DNA of 63,785 bases, the filler included, from Globobulimina sp. (Eukaryota), in the NCBI GenBank assembly GCA_003354225.1. It is 45 parts of 45 records of this genome, joined end to end, with 100 filler letters (N's around TTAATTAATTAA, not from the genome) between each part and the next. Parts side by side here need not be neighbours in the genome. Positions count along the whole stretch, not along the records: positions 62,467 to 63,785 come from PIVH01018749.1; 44 more parts are not named here. One strand, given 5' to 3'. Made by a program: the position numbers and the translations under genes. Below the pieces are notes generated by a model that had not been told where the DNA came from, searched no databases, and saw nothing but the letters and a program-made list of their open reading frames with translations. Positions 62,514 to 63,785 of the stretch are shown piece by piece (the stretch's first letter is position 1; each line of letters starts with the position of its first letter).

Positions 62514-63501
62514 TCAAACTTTGTCTTTGTTGCACATATGTATGATCCGTTGGTATTCATTGATGAAATCATCATCGGTTTGAAACGTAACCGAGTGTGA
62601 TTTGTTCCATTTTTGCAATTGTCGCGTTATTTGAATTGATTTTTGTGCTTTATTCATAGTGGTCCCCTTCCTATGATATACCGTGCCATTTAATGTTAAA
62701 TTGAAACTTTGAAAAAACTTTGTTATTTTGTCAATAGCGTCATATTCAATGTCATAGATTAATAAATTTTGGAATATATTCTCAGACTTAAAATATTGTA
62801 ATATATCACAATGATAATTATACCATCCTTTTTTCCATCTCATTAAAATCTCATTTTCTATTTGTATGCGATTTAAATTATTATGATTATGATTATGAGC
62901 CAATTGCAACTCTTCTGCGAGTTGGTCAATATAAAAGAATGCCTGCTCATCCATCATAGATTGATGTGTGTATCGTGACTGTAGCCAATGATTTACATTT
63001 CTTATATTTAATATATATTTTGAATTTGGGTATTGTATATTTAATATTTTAAACCATGGCACATTACTCATATCCACCACGCCGTAATCACTGTAAAATC
63101 TGTACAGACGACTTAAATCTCCCATGCAAAACATGTTTATTCATTGCATACATTTCTAGCATCAAGGCCTTCAGTGTAATATTTAATTTCTGTGTTTTAT
63201 TAACAATGTTTGGCTCAAAATATAAATGAAAATGAATTGAGGGAATATTATTCGCTCTGAAAAAATCAAACAATGAGCTTGTACCACATTTATTAAATCC
63301 AGTTTGGAAAATATAAAATGGAAATTGTTCTTTTTGGCGAAGTGGACCCAAATCTGAGTATGGCCGCTCAATTAATATTCCATCCATTCTATGGATCACT
63401 GTGTCAGTTGCAATTTTATGTGATCATATTATCAGAAATAATAAACATTCAACAATTGCAATACCAATAATTGAGAACATAATGATTTTCGCATGTGTCA
63501 T
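62514..63501 (-). pseudogene. Sulfotransferase-like gene with in-frame TGA and a frameshift
   Basis: TM, then TGA at 63424-63426; IFQTGFNKCGTSSL; frameshift near 63105; YPNSKYILNIRNVNHWLQSR. Confidence 0.75.
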
Positions 63502-63785
63502 TCTAGTTTACTCAAGTCTCGATTTTAGAAATTTTTCTATTGATGCAAAATGATATACATAGCAAATTAATGCCAAGAATTTTCAGAGCCATGCAATAAA
63601 TCTAAAACAAGGTTGTATGTACAACTGAAACAATATACTGCACATATTCGCAAGTCTACAAATACTGTTTCCATTTGACCTTATATTGTTTCTATCTGAC
63701 AATATAGCGTTGTCATATGACCGTATATTGTTTCTATTTGTCGATTTTGTCCATATGATATGGCGCATTGTTTTAATACAGGTGT

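Noticed and set aside
63424..63426. In-frame TGA suggesting an alternative genetic code
   Set aside because: The same gene also has a frameshift, and TGA is an evident stop elsewhere (e.g. after CIIL at ~30102); pseudogene is the simpler reading.
63670..63750. Two-copy imperfect repeat TGACC.TATATTGTTTCTAT
   Set aside because: Only two copies and no cas genes; an ordinary local duplication.

Overview
This window is not one locus. It is 45 unrelated short contigs (1319-1321 bp, sorted by length) joined by artificial 100-nt spacers (44 N + TTAATTAATTAA + 44 N), so adjacency across spacers is meaningless and ORFs ending in X-runs or 'LIN' are truncated. Most contigs are AT-rich eukaryotic gene fragments with short GT-AG introns. 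A divergent beta-tubulin tail (DKNVKDLITEYQDKQD) points to a foraminiferan/retarian host. Other components: (i) two intronless, gene-dense contigs that look like a Mimiviridae-like giant virus and share a TTAATTAAAA(A/T)TGA upstream motif (Zn-ribbon-repeat GIY-YIG nuclease, GT2, Ski2-like helicase); (ii) two metazoan/nematode-like contigs; (iii) two bacterial pieces fused to eukaryotic DNA, probably amplification chimeras; (iv) many mobile elements (Ty3/Gypsy pol, divergent DIRS/Ngaro-like RT, Helitron-type PIF1, a Helitron-like 3' end, a MULE SWIM-PHD fragment, MITE/foldback elements). No rRNA, tRNA or CRISPR array was found. No complete novel multi-gene system can be demonstrated from fragments this short; the best leads are in findings. 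All family calls come from motif recognition by eye, not from database searches.
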